A stretch of DNA of 40,803 bases, filler included, from Acidimicrobiia bacterium (GCA_041577335.1; 14 parts of 14 records of this genome joined end to end with filler, not necessarily neighbours in it); one strand, 5' to 3'. Counted from the whole stretch's first letter, positions 29,753 through 40,686 are shown. Notes: generated from the letters alone by a model not told the origin. A program made the numbers and translations.

Positions 29753-29852
29753 NNNNNNNNNNNNNNNNNNNNNNNNNNNNNNNNNNNNNNNNNNNNTTAA
29801 TTAATTAANNNNNNNNNNNNNNNNNNNNNNNNNNNNNNNNNNNNNNNNNNNN

Positions 29853-30568
29853 CCGGGTGGCTTCACCTTCGAGATGACTTCACGAAGCCGCTGGCGCTCC
29901 TCTTCGGGCAGGCGACGGGAGATACCCTGGGCGTCGGAGTCCGGTACGAGCACCAGATACCTGCCCGGAAGGGACGGCAGACCCGTGAGCCTGGCCCCTT
30001 TGGCGCCCATCGGGTCTTTCACAACCTGGACGAGGATTTCATCGCCCTCCTTGAGGACTTCCTCGATCTTGGGCCGGCGCTTCCCGGGCGACGGGACCTT
30101 CAGATCCGCCGAGTAGATGACGCCGTTCTTGGCGACGCCGAAGTCTGCGAACGCCGCCTCCATGCCGGGCAGGACGTTGCGCACCTTGGCAAGGTAGATG
30201 TTGCCGACGAGAGACTCCTTCTCGGAGCGGCCCACGTAGTGCTCGACGAGGACCGGCCCCTCGAGCATCACCACCTGGGTCTGATGCGGCCGCACCCTGA
30301 CGAGCATCTGTTTCCGCGTCGACTCGACGGGAATGATGATCTCTTCTTCGGGCGGCCGGACCCTGGCGCCATGCCGGCTTCGCGGTTTGCGGTTGTCAGC
30401 CGGCTTGCGTTGACGTCTCTCGGTTGGGCCGGTGGTTACCGGCTGCTCGACGACTCTCCGTACTTCGACCTTCTGGCGTCCGACGCGGACCTTCTTCCGC
30501 TCTTCGACCACCTGGCCGGCGGCTCCTCTGCGAAGCACCTCGGGTGCTCGCTTCCGAAACAATGCCAT
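29853..30568 (-). CDS. rne: Ribonuclease E/G family (3'-truncated)
   Basis: Motifs VGNIYLAKVRNVLPGMEAAF, ILVQVVKDPMGAKGARLT, SLPGRYLV and GISRR. RBS AGGAG. Confidence 0.92.
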
Positions 30569-30768
30569 GTATCAAGGCTCCTGAATCTCTCCGGTGAACG
30601 CCGCCGGGGGACATCGTCGAGTCAGCCGCCGATATGGAGGTGAGCATGCTGTATCGAGAGGAAGTGTCCACGGGCAAGGTCTCCGGGCCTACGCGTTGAG
30701 GCTGAAGGCAACTCGCCGCTTAGCGGCTGCCCCAAACTCCTGGGTTGCCGGGTACAGACCCGACCTGG

Positions 30769-31389
30769 TCAGGGTAGCAGCAGGTCGGCGGATTCCGATA
30801 CCGGATCGAGCAGACCGAGGGCGGGCTGCTCCGGCTCGGTCGGGTCGTAACACGCCCGGCAACGCGCTTCGTAGGACCCTTCCGCACCGAGAACCACCAG
30901 GCTGTCCGAGCGGACGATTCGCTGCGTGTACAGGGCCGGCGCTCCGCATCGATGGCAAACAGCCAGCATCTTGGTCACGTACTCGGAGCGCCCGCACAAC
31001 GCCGGCACCGGTTCGAAAGGCCGCCTCAGGTAGTCGAGATCGAGACCGGCGATGATGACCTGCTTGCCGGCATGGGCCAGCCGATCCACCACTTCGACGA
31101 GGCCGAGGTCGAAGAACTGTGCCTCGTCGATGCCCACCACCACGGTTGCGTCCTCCACCCGATGCAACAGCGAGTCGCTGTCGGGAACCGGGATGGCCTC
31201 GACGCGATGTGCGCTGTGCGACACCACCTCGGCGTCTGCGTACCGGTTGTCGAGCGCCGGCTTGAAGGTCTGGACGGGAATCCGGGCGATCTTCGATCGA
31301 GTGACCCTGCGGATCAGCTCCTCGCTCTTACCGGAGAACATGGGGCCGCAGATGACCTCGGTCCAGCCTGTATGGGGACGTCGATACAT
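30769..31389 (-). CDS. tdk: Thymidine kinase (type II)
   Basis: Motifs GPMFSGKS, IDEAQF, AGLD.D...PF, and Zn ligands CHRC / RCRAC. Confidence 0.96.
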   Translation of the reverse strand: MYRRPHTGWTEVICGPMFSGKSEELIRRVTRSKIARIPVQTFKPALDNRYADAEVVSHSAHRVEAIPVPDSDSLLHRVEDATVVVGIDEAQFFDLGLVEVVDRLAHAGKQVIIAGLDLDYLRRPFEPVPALCGRSEYVTKMLAVCHRCGAPALYTQRIVRSDSLVVLGAEGSYEARCRACYDPTEPEQPALGLLDPVSESADLLLP

Positions 31390-31424
31390 GCAGGCGAGGG
31401 TAGCGATGCGATCGACTGCCGGGT

Positions 31425-31745
31425 TCAGCCCGCGAATGTCTCGCTACGGACCCGTGAGCGCCTGAGCCACACCGAGTTCGCCATGCCGATCGACAGCGCC
31501 ATGGCCATGTAGAACGAGCCACCCTGGCTCAGGAATGGCAGCGGTAGCCCGGTGACCGGTGCGATGCCGATCGTCATCCCGATGTTGATGAACACGTGGA
31601 ACATCATCATCCCGGCCACCCCCATCACGATCAACGAGCCGAACTTGTCCCTGGCGTGGACGGCGATCACCAGCAGGCGCCAGATGATGATCAGGAACAC
31701 CGCCAGCACCAGGATTCCGCCGACGAAACCGAGTTGCTCGCCGAC
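31425..31745 (-). CDS. rodA: SEDS protein RodA, C-terminus (5'-truncated)
   Basis: Motifs GEQLGFVG and INIGMTIGIAPVTGLPLPFLSQGGS. The position upstream of rne favours RodA over FtsW. Confidence 0.8.
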   Translation of the reverse strand, partial: VGEQLGFVGGILVLAVFLIIIWRLLVIAVHARDKFGSLIVMGVAGMMMFHVFINIGMTIGIAPVTGLPLPFLSQGGSFYMAMALSIGMANSVWLRRSRVRSETFAG

Positions 31746-31845
31746 NNNNNNNNNNNNNNNNNNNNNNNNNNNNNNNNNNNNNNNNNNNNTTAATTAATTA
31801 ANNNNNNNNNNNNNNNNNNNNNNNNNNNNNNNNNNNNNNNNNNNN

Positions 31846-32085
31846 CGAGTCGCTGCCCGCTCCCGACTTGGGCTTGCGACGCCGGCGCCGCTTTCGGCCG
31901 CTTGGCTTTGGTTTGATCCGAACCACGGCGTCTCGGCTGCCCAGCCCGAGAAAACCCTTCTCGCCTTCGCTCAGAACTTCGACCTCGGCCTGATCGCGGC
32001 TCTCCAACCCGAGCTCCTTGAGCCCGTATTCGACTGCTACTTCAACTGTCTTCCCGCTGACTTCCACCCATTCCACGGGGCTCAT
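31846..32085 (-). CDS. jag: Jag/EloR (KhpB) RNA-binding protein, N-terminus (3'-truncated)
   Basis: Jag_N pattern GKTVEVAV..GL.ELG.....EVEVL..G.KGFLGLG. Lies downstream of yidC. Confidence 0.9.
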
Positions 32086-33017
32086 CTCCTCTTCCGCCGC
32101 TGTTGCTTCTTCGCCGACACCGAGTGCGGCTTTCTTGGCGCCTCTGGCTGCGGCGCCGATTCCTCCGGTTTCGACCCTCCGGTCTTGGACCCGCCATTCT
32201 TCGCGACGGCCGGCTTTGAACCGTTGGAGCCTTCCGGAGACGACGGCTCCGGCCGACCGTCGATGGCGAAGATGGCAAACTGCTGACCGAGCCGGAACAT
32301 ATTCGAGGTTGCCCAGTACAGCACCAGACCGGCCGGGAAGTTCCATGACACGAAGCCCAACATCACCGGCATGAAACGGGTGATGGCCTGCTGGGTCTGC
32401 TGCTGTTGCCGCTGCTGGGGCGTCATGTCGGCCTTGGACGCATTCGACCCCCTCTGAGCGTGCCACATCTGGAAATACTGGGTGGCGATCATGAGTGCCA
32501 GCATGATCACATAGGGGACCGCATTTCCGATTCCGGACCGGATGCCGGCACTCATCACCTGACCGAGGTCCATGCCCAGAAAGGTCTCGGGTCCGGTGGA
32601 GACCGCCGAATACAACCCCGATCCGGTGGGGATGAGGGCTGCTTCGACGGTTTCGCCGTTGGAGATCGCGGCAACATTGCGGAGGACCTGGAACAGAGCC
32701 CACCAAATCGGCATCTGGACCAGGATCGGGCCCAGACACCCGCCAGGAGTGGCTCCCGCCTCCTTCTGGATCCGCATCATCTCCTTCTGCATCTTCTCCG
32801 GCTCTTCCTTGAGCTCCTTCTGGATCCGCTTCATCTCCGGCGCCACTGCCTGGAAGGCGCGGGTCGAGCGGGTCTGCTTGAGGGTGAGCGGGAAGAGCAC
32901 CAGGTTGATGGCCACCGTCAACAGGACGATGGCTACCCCGAACGATGGTATGAGATCGTAAAATGCCGATAGCAACCACCCGATACCGAGTTCGATACTA
33001 CGAAAGATCTGGCCCAC
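32082..33017 (-). CDS. yidC: Membrane protein insertase YidC
   Basis: Motifs FGVAIVLLT, LFPLT.KQ, GGCLGPILVQMPI and FPAGLVLYWATSN. Confidence 0.95.
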   Translation of the reverse strand: MGQIFRSIELGIGWLLSAFYDLIPSFGVAIVLLTVAINLVLFPLTLKQTRSTRAFQAVAPEMKRIQKELKEEPEKMQKEMMRIQKEAGATPGGCLGPILVQMPIWWALFQVLRNVAAISNGETVEAALIPTGSGLYSAVSTGPETFLGMDLGQVMSAGIRSGIGNAVPYVIMLALMIATQYFQMWHAQRGSNASKADMTPQQRQQQQTQQAITRFMPVMLGFVSWNFPAGLVLYWATSNMFRLGQQFAIFAIDGRPEPSSPEGSNGSKPAVAKNGGSKTGGSKPEESAPQPEAPRKPHSVSAKKQQRRKRR

Positions 33018-33020
33018 GAC

Positions 33021-33278
33021 TCACGACCCCCACTGGGTTGGCACGGGGTCGTACCCGGACGACCCCATGGGATGACACCTACCAAGCCGGCGGACGGACA
33101 GCACCGTTCCCCGGACGAGACCGAAGCGACGATACGCCTCGATCGCGTATTGCGAGCAAGAGGGGGCGAATCGGCAGTTACGCCCCAGAAACGGGCTCAG
33201 AAACAGCTGATACGCCCTGATCGGCACCACGATCGGCCACGACGTCCACTTGGCGCCCGGACCCTCTTTCCTCGACAT
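33021..33278 (-). CDS. yidD: Membrane protein insertion efficiency factor
   Basis: Motifs YQ..LSP, CRFAPSCSQY and RCHP...GYDPVP. Confidence 0.95.
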   Translation of the reverse strand: MSRKEGPGAKWTSWPIVVPIRAYQLFLSPFLGRNCRFAPSCSQYAIEAYRRFGLVRGTVLSVRRLGRCHPMGSSGYDPVPTQWGS

Positions 33279-33280
33279 CT

Positions 33281-33709
33281 TCAACTCCTCGTGCCGGGTT
33301 CGACCGCCGAACCCAGCCCCTCTTCCAGTGCTGCAACCAATTTCTGGAAGGCCATGGTCAGCACTTCCGGCCTGGCGATCACCACGAGATCGATGCCTGA
33401 CGGCACCCCTGCCCTGGCGAGGGCATGGCGGATGCGCCGCTTGGCCCGGTTCCGCGCGACCGCGCCACCGACCCGCCGACCGGCCACCAACCCCACCCGG
33501 GAGAGTCCGAGATGGTTGGGCTTGACCACGACGGTGATCGGACCCCGGCTACGGCGACTGCCGAACCCGAGGACCTCGGTGAAAGCTGAGCGTCCCCGAA
33601 GGGACTCGACCCGCCCCGGTTCAGGCTGCGAGTCGTTTGCGTCCCTTGGCACGGCGGGACTTGATGATGGCGCGTCCGGCTCGGGTCTGCATGCGGTGAC
33701 GGAAGCCAT
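33281..33709 (-). CDS. rnpA: RNase P protein component (start uncertain)
   Basis: [24 protein letters not shown] (RNR motif), located between rpmH and yidD. Confidence 0.9.
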   Translation of the reverse strand: MASVTACRPEPDAPSSSPAVPRDANDSQPEPGRVESLRGRSAFTEVLGFGSRRSRGPITVVVKPNHLGLSRVGLVAGRRVGGAVARNRAKRRIRHALARAGVPSGIDLVVIARPEVLTMAFQKLVAALEEGLGSAVEPGTRS

Positions 33710-33738
33710 GCTTCCTCTTGCGACGCCGAACCTTGGGC
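33621..33738 (-). CDS. rpmH: 50S ribosomal protein L34 (5'-truncated)
   Basis: My translation is [38 protein letters not shown]. Not in the ORF track. Confidence 0.96.
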
Positions 33739-33838
33739 NNNNNNNNNNNNNNNNNNNNNNNNNNNNNNNNNNNNNNNNNNNNTTAATTAATTAANNNNNN
33801 NNNNNNNNNNNNNNNNNNNNNNNNNNNNNNNNNNNNNN

Positions 33839-34479
33839 CCCATCTCGTGGGTGACGACGATCATCGTCATGCCGGATTGGGCCAGCTCGATCATGACATC
33901 GAGCACTTCCTTGATCATCTCCGGGTCGAGCGCCGAGGTTGGCTCGTCGAAGAGCATCACCTTGGGCGACATGGCGAGCGAGCGGGCGATGGCGACTCGC
34001 TGCTGCTGGCCACCGGACAGCTGCCCGGGGTATTTGTGGGCTTGCTCGGGGATCTTGACCCGGGTGAGCAGCTCCATCGCCGTCTCTTCGGCCTGCTTCT
34101 TGGGGACATTGCGCACCTGGCGGGGAGCCAGGGTGATGTTCTCGAGCACGGTGAGATGGGGGAACAGATTGAAGCTCTGGAAGACCATGCCGGTCTCGCG
34201 ACGGATCTCCTGGATGTTCTTCACGTCCTCGGTGAGCGGAACACCGTCGACGACGATCGAGCCTTTGTCGTGCTCCTCGAGCCGGTTGATACAGCGGATG
34301 AGAGTGGATTTGCCCGACCCCGACGGGCCAATGACGACCACCACTTCGCCGTACCCGACCTTGACGTTGATGTTCTTCAGCGCCTGGAAATCGCCGAAGA
34401 ACTTGTCCATCTCGTTCACTTCGATGATCGCATCGCCTTGCACCTGTGTGGCGTCGGCGAAGACCTGCGCATCCGTCAT
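33839..34479 (-). CDS. Amino acid ABC transporter ATP-binding protein (AapP/GlnQ-like, 3'-truncated)
   Basis: Motifs [22 protein letters not shown] and [12 protein letters not shown]. Confidence 0.94.
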
Positions 34480-35665
34480 CTCACACCCACTCCCAGTTTG
34501 CGCTCGAGCCTCCGACTCTCGCGGGACATCACGTACGAACCGACCCAGAAGAACACAGCGGCAAAGGGCAGCGTCACCGCCTCCAGACCCTGTGCTTGGA
34601 ACTCGGGCTGCGCCGTCGACACCGAAGCGGCCCGAAGCAAGTCGAGGAGTCCGACGATGGCAACGAGCGTCGTGTCCTTGAAGAGGGCGATGAACTGACC
34701 AACCATCGCCGGGATCACGTTACGCAGTGCCTGGGGCAGCACGATGAGGCGCATCGTCTTCCACGGCGCCAAACCCAGCGCCTGCGCCGCTTCCACTTGA
34801 CCATCGGGGACCGACTGCAGACCACCTCGGACGACCTCGGCGATGTACGCCGACTGGAACAGGGTGATGGCGATCAACAGGCGAAGGAACAGGCTGAACT
34901 GCGTGTCGCCGGGAATGAGGAAGCCGAGCGCAAATGCCCCCATGAGGAGCAGTGAGATCATCGGCACACCCCGCAGAATCTCGATGTAGGTGATCGAAAG
35001 CCATTTGACGGCGGGAAGGCTCGAGCGCCGGCCCAGCGCAAGCAGGAGCCCGAGCGGGAAGGCCAGAGTGATACCGGCGATGGTGAGCACGATGTTGAGG
35101 TAGAAACCACCCCAATCGTCCCAGCCGACGCCGTCGAAGGTGGTGATCCCGAGATAGAACAGCAAGGTGCCGACGAGGGGGATGAGCCAGGAGCGACGCA
35201 GCACCCAATCTGGCAGCAGATCACCGGCGCGGTAGGCGACGAGGCCCACAATCGCGGCGCCGATGGTGAGCAGCGTCGGGGTGAGAGTGCGAGTGAAGGA
35301 GAGGGTGAAGACGATGAGCGCGATCACCGGCCAGAACCGGCGCAGCGTCTCCCGCAACGATGGCTCGGCATGCGTCAGACCGGCCTCCTCCGCCTGAGCC
35401 TTGGCGTTCAGCACGAGCGCACGGGCGAACAACCCGATACCGGCCACAGCGATGTACGCCCCGATCCACAACCGGTTGAGCTGCTCCACGGGCCAACGCC
35501 CGGTCATGTACAGCTTGAGATTGGTCACGATGATCGTGGCGTCGATGCCGAGGACGAACCGGATCGCCGAGACCACGGCCCATACGATGATGGCTCCGAA
35601 GACGACGGTCAGCACCGTGTTGAGCGTCGAGGAGAACAGATTCTTGCGGATCCACTCGCCCGGCG
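34476..35665 (-). CDS. Amino acid ABC transporter permease (AapM/BztC-like, 5'-truncated)
   Basis: [11 protein letters not shown] near the contig edge, plus [24 protein letters not shown] and LFKDT. Confidence 0.92.
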
Positions 35666-35765
35666 NNNNNNNNNNNNNNNNNNNNNNNNNNNNNNNNNNN
35701 NNNNNNNNNTTAATTAATTAANNNNNNNNNNNNNNNNNNNNNNNNNNNNNNNNNNNNNNNNNNNN

Positions 35766-36804
35766 CGGGCTGATCGGGTTGATTGCCGGCTACCTCTCGG
35801 GGCGGCAGACCGGGGGCGGCTTCCAGTCGAGCGGGCTGTCGATGGGTCCGATCGTGCTCGGTGGGTTCCTGTTCGCTTTCGCGATCTTCTCCAATCTCCG
35901 TGGCACGGTGTTGAACAACCTGTGGTGGGTGTTCACGGTGACGACGCTCGCTACCACCTTTGGTTTGGCGATCGCGGTGCTGGCCGACAGGGCCAAGTTC
36001 GAGAACGTCGCCAAGTCGATCATCTTCCTGCCGATGGCGATCAGCTTCGTTGGTGCGTCGATCATCTGGCGTTTCGTGTACATCGCCCGACCGGTGCAGA
36101 AGGATCAGACCGGCATCCTCAACTCGCTGTGGGTGTGGCTCGGCAAGACGAGCACCTCCTCAAACGGGAGATTGCTGCTCACTGTGGTGTTCGGGCTGTT
36201 GTTCGCGGGCTGCCTGTTCGTGGCGCTCAGGGCGATGCGGGCCGGCGCAAACGGCGCACTGTTCGGGGCCGGTGCACTCGGATTGTTCTTCGTCTTTCTC
36301 CTCTACCGCGTCTTTGGTCCCGGGCTGGGTGGCATTGCCAGAACCGTGGGTGAGAAGACCTTCACCGAAACCATCATCTTCACGCAGGAGCCTCCGTTCA
36401 ACAACGTGTGGTTGATGGTGGTGCTGATCTGGATCCAGACCGGGTTCACGATGGTGATCTTCTCGGCCGCAATCAAAGCCGTCCCGTCGGATCTGATCGA
36501 AGCATCGCGGGTGGATGGCGCCACGGAGTCGCAGACCTTCTGGCGAGTGACCATTCCCCAGATCGCACCCACCATCGGCGTCGTCACCACGACGCTGATC
36601 GTGCTGGTGATGAAGGTGTTCGACATCGTGAAGGTGATCACAAACGGGAACTTCGGCACCCAGGTGATCGCCAACTTGATGTGGACGAGAGGATTCTCGG
36701 AGTTCAACATCGGACTCGGATCGACGCTGGCAGTGCTCCTGTTCATATCGATCCTCCCGGTGATGGTGATCAACATTCGGCGGATGCAGAAGGAGGCAGC
36801 ATGA
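35766..36804 (+). CDS. Carbohydrate ABC transporter permease (MalF/AglF-like, 5'-truncated)
   Basis: Motifs FLPMAIS, WIQTGF, EAA loop EASRVDGA and KVFDIV. Confidence 0.9.
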
Positions 36805-37529
36805 CCGCGGCAGGACTGGCGTCGGATCCCAGGAGAGGTCTCGGCGCGGGGCTGCAGAGATTCCTGGCCTCGATCCCGACCTGGGCCCTCTGGGCCCTGG
36901 TCATGGTCTGGAGCCTTCCGACGTTCTCGCTGTTCGTCAACTCGTTCCGGACCAAGACCGCGCAGCAGGCGAGCGGTTTCTGGACCGCATTCGGCGAACC
37001 GACCGCGTTCACGCTGGACAACTACAGGCAGGTCCTCCAAGCCGGCCCGAGCGGCGGACTCTGGCAGGCGGTGCTGAACAGCTTCGCGATCGCCATACCG
37101 GCAACTGTGATCCCGATCGCAATGGCGGCCTTCGCCGCCTATGCCTTTGCCTGGATCGACTTCAAGGGCCGGAGCTGGCTGTTTGTCGCCACCGTGTCGC
37201 TGCTGGCGATTCCGCTTCAAACCGCCCTGATCCCGCTTCTGCAGCTCTGGTCGGGAGGCGCCCACTGGACGATCCCGTTCTTCGAGAAGACGATCACCCT
37301 GTTCCCGGACCTGGACCTTCAGGGTACGACGATCGCGGTATGGCTCGCGCACTCGGGCTTCGCCCTCCCGTTCGCGATCTTCCTGCTGCACAACTACATC
37401 AGCGGTTTGCCGAAGGATCTGTTCGAGTCGGCGTTCATCGACGGAGCCGACCACTTCACGATCTTCAGGACGCTGGTGCTTCCGCTGTCGGTTCCGGTGC
37501 TGGCCGCGTTCGGGATCTTCCAGTTCCTC
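36801..37529 (+). CDS. Carbohydrate ABC transporter permease (MalG/AglG-like, 3'-truncated)
   Basis: ATGA overlap with the previous permease. Motifs TLDNY, NSFAIAIPAT and ESAFIDGA. Confidence 0.9.
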
Positions 37530-37629
37530 NNNNNNNNNNNNNNNNNNNNNNNNNNNNNNNNNNNNNNNNNNNNTTAATTAATTAANNNNNNNNNNNNNNN
37601 NNNNNNNNNNNNNNNNNNNNNNNNNNNNN

Positions 37630-37694
37630 ACTACGCCACCGGGTTCGTGCTCGGTGCCGTCATCCTGGTGATCGCACTGGTGGTGGCCCTATGA
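37630..37694 (+). CDS. nuoL: nuoL C-terminal fragment, copy 2
   Basis: YATGFVLGAVILVIALVVAL* is nearly identical to the end of nuoL copy 1. Confidence 0.85.
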
Positions 37695-37737
37695 GGATTC
37701 CGGAAGCTCTTGAAGTAACAGAGAGAGGCGAGACACG

Positions 37738-39170
37738 ATGAACTGGTTCGAGAACGGAGGGGCACTCAGCCTGATCGTCTTCCTGCCGCTGGTGGCGGCG
37801 CTGGTGATGCTCCTGATCCCCAAAGCCCAGGAAGAGGCGATCAAGCAACTGGCGCTCCTCGTGTCTGTCGTCACCTTTGCTCTGTCACTCGTCGTCGCCT
37901 TCGCGTTCGACTTTGGTTCCTCGGCCTCGTACCAGTTCGAGACCTCGGTGCCCTGGATATCGGCGATCGGCTCCAACTATCACATCGGCATCGACGGGAT
38001 CAGCCTGCCTCTCCTGGTGCTCTCGACGTTCGTGCTGGTGCTGTCGATCATCTATTCGTGGAACCATTGGGAGGAGCCTCACAACCCGAAGGCGTTCCTG
38101 GTTCTCATGCTGATCCTCGCCACCGGCATGAATGGCACCTTCGTCGCCCTCGATCTCGTGCTGTTCTTCATCTTCTTCGAGGTGGTCCTCCTCCCGATGT
38201 ACTTCATGATCGGGATCTGGGGCGACAAGTCGATGCGGAAGATCCCCGGGTTCGCCCGTGAGATCCCGACTCGTCTCTACGCCTCGATCAAGTTCTTCCT
38301 GTTCACGCTGTTCGGCTCCGCGTTCATGCTGTTGGGATTCCTGGCGATCTACTTCCGGGCCGGCGACGTCGCCTCTCGGACGTTCGACATTCCGGAACTC
38401 GCTGCGATGGGAGCGGCAGGGGTCTTCAGCCCGGCGGCGTGGAGCATCGGCGGCCTGGTGTTCGGAGCCCTCTTCCTGGGGTTTGCGGTCAAGGTTCCGA
38501 TGTGGCCGTTCCACACCTGGCTCCCGGATGCCCACACCGCCGCCCCGACAGTTGGCTCGGTTCTGCTGGCGGCGATCCTCCTGAAGCTCGGCTCATACGG
38601 CTTCGTCCGGATCGCCCTCCCGATCCTGCCCGAGTCCGCTCGTGACTGGGCACCGGCGATCGCAATCCTCTCCGTGATCGGGATCATCTATGGGTCGCTG
38701 GCATGCCTGGCCCAAACCGACATGAAGCGGCTGATCGCTTTCTCGTCGGTCGGACACATGGGCTTCGTGATGCTCGGCATTTCCACGCTCACAGACGTGG
38801 GGATCAACGCCGCGATCATCGGCATGGTGGCCCACGGTCTGATCACCGGCCTGCTGTTCTTCCTGGCCGGGTCTATGCACCACCGCTACCACACCCGCGA
38901 GATGTCGCGTCTCGGCGGCAACCAGACGCTCATGCCGAAGATGGGCGGCATCCTCGGGTTCACCGCCATGGCATCGCTGGGGCTTCCCGGGCTGGCCGGG
39001 TTCTGGGGTGAGTTCATGGCGCTGCTCGGTGCGTTCAACCCCCTCGAGGGCTTGAATGTGTCTCTGTTCCGAACGGCGATGGTCATCGGAGCGATCGGCA
39101 CCGTCTTGACCGCCGGTTACCTGCTGTGGATGCTCCAGAAGGTCAACTTCGGCGAGCCGGCCCAGGAATG
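37738..39170 (+). CDS. nuoM: NADH-quinone oxidoreductase subunit M, copy 2 (3'-truncated)
   Basis: Motifs HTWLPDAH..APT, LLKLGSYG, KRLIAFSSVGHMG and ASLGLPGLAGFWGEF. Confidence 0.95.
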
Positions 39171-39270
39171 NNNNNNNNNNNNNNNNNNNNNNNNNNNNNN
39201 NNNNNNNNNNNNNNTTAATTAATTAANNNNNNNNNNNNNNNNNNNNNNNNNNNNNNNNNNNNNNNNNNNN

Positions 39271-39590
39271 AGGGCGTAGTCGATGTCGAAACGATCCAGC
39301 GTCGCCCGAACCTTGACCCGGCCACCAGGCTTGTCGGGCGCCTTCTCCTCCTTGTGTCCCTCGATGTAGATGCACCCGTCGGGGCAGTTGCGGGCGCACA
39401 GCATGCAGACGGTGCACGCCTCCTGATCGAGGGCGATCACGCCTCGCGCCCGGGCCACCAGCTCCTCTTTGACCACCGGGTAGTTGACCGTGGCGAGGTG
39501 CTTCTTCGGGTTGAACAGGGTCTGGAGCATCGTCACGAAGGTGACTTTCATCCCGGTCCAGAGACCCTTGCCGAGGATCGGAGTTGCCAT
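39271..39590 (-). CDS. nuoI: NADH-quinone oxidoreductase subunit I (3'-truncated)
   Basis: The start overlaps the nuoH stop (TGATG). Motifs TVNYP, CTVCMLCARNCP ([4Fe-4S]) and RFDID. Confidence 0.92.
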
Positions 39591-40594
39591 CAGAAGACCA
39601 CCTTGAGGATGCCGGTCACGACGATGTTGGCGAGCGAGATCGGGATCAGCCACTTCCAGGCGATGGTCTGGAGCTGATCTTCCCGGAAACGGGGGAAGGT
39701 CCACCGGAACCAGATGAGGAGGAACACGAGGACCCCGACCTTGGCCGACAGGATCAACGGGCCGGCGAATTCGAGTTGAGCTTCGGTCAGACCGGGTGCC
39801 CAATAGCCGCCCAGGAACAGGGTGGCGGCGATGGCCGACATCGAGAACATGTTGGCGAACTCGGCCAGGAAGAAGAACAGGAACCGGAAACCCGAATATT
39901 CGGTCAGGTAACCCATCACGAGTTCCGACTCGGCAATCGGCATGTCGAAGGGGGTTCGGGACAACTCGGCAACGGCGGCGATCATGAACACCACGAACCC
40001 GACGACCTGCGGGATGACGAACGGCAGACCCCCGCCCCAGCCGAGCTCGGAGAACCAGCCCGCCTGGGCTTCGACGATCCCGTTGAGGCTCATCGTCCCG
40101 GCCATCACCACCACGCCGACGGTTGCCAGCACGAGCGGGAGCTCGTAGGCGATCAGCTGGCCGGCCGCCCGGAGACCTCCCATGAGCGAGTACTTGTTGG
40201 CCGACGACCAGCCGGCAACGAGCACGCCGATGGTGGAGATCGAGGAGATCGCCAGGGCGTAGAAGATCCCGACGTCGAGGTCCTGTACCACGAGACTGGG
40301 GCTGAACGGGATCACCACGAACAACGTCACGGTGCCGATGAAGACCAAGAACGGGGCGATCTTGAACACCGCTCGGTCTGCCTCTTCCGGTACCAGATCC
40401 TCTTTCTGGAAGAACTTGATGCCGTCGGCCAGCAGCTGCGCCCAGCCCCAGCGTCCCCCGGCGAAATAGGGGCCGACCCGGTTCTGCATCTTCGCCGAGA
40501 GCTTCAGTTCGGCGAAGCCGATCACCAGCCCGGCGGCGGGGATGAAGGCGGCGATGATGCCGACTTTGAGAAGGAGCTGGAGCCAGAAGTTCAT
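39590..40594 (-). CDS. nuoH: NADH-quinone oxidoreductase subunit H
   Basis: RBS AAGGAG before MNFW. Motifs QNRVGP, ADGIK..QKED, NKYSLMGGLR, RTPFD...AESEL..G..TEYSG and PRFR.DQL. Confidence 0.96.
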   Translation of the reverse strand: MNFWLQLLLKVGIIAAFIPAAGLVIGFAELKLSAKMQNRVGPYFAGGRWGWAQLLADGIKFFQKEDLVPEEADRAVFKIAPFLVFIGTVTLFVVIPFSPSLVVQDLDVGIFYALAISSISTIGVLVAGWSSANKYSLMGGLRAAGQLIAYELPLVLATVGVVVMAGTMSLNGIVEAQAGWFSELGWGGGLPFVIPQVVGFVVFMIAAVAELSRTPFDMPIAESELVMGYLTEYSGFRFLFFFLAEFANMFSMSAIAATLFLGGYWAPGLTEAQLEFAGPLILSAKVGVLVFLLIWFRWTFPRFREDQLQTIAWKWLIPISLANIVVTGILKVVF

Positions 40595-40610
40595 CGCTGC
40601 TCCTTCGGAT

Positions 40611-40645
40611 CGGCTGCCGGCCACCGGCTGCCGGCCACCGGCCGA
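40611..40645. repeat. Tandem heptamer array (5 units)
   Basis: CGGCTGC-CGGCCAC-CGGCTGC-CGGCCAC-CGGCCGA. Confidence 0.85.
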
Positions 40646-40686
40646 ACCCCTTCCGGGGAACCCGCCTCTTCTGCAGAATCAGACGC

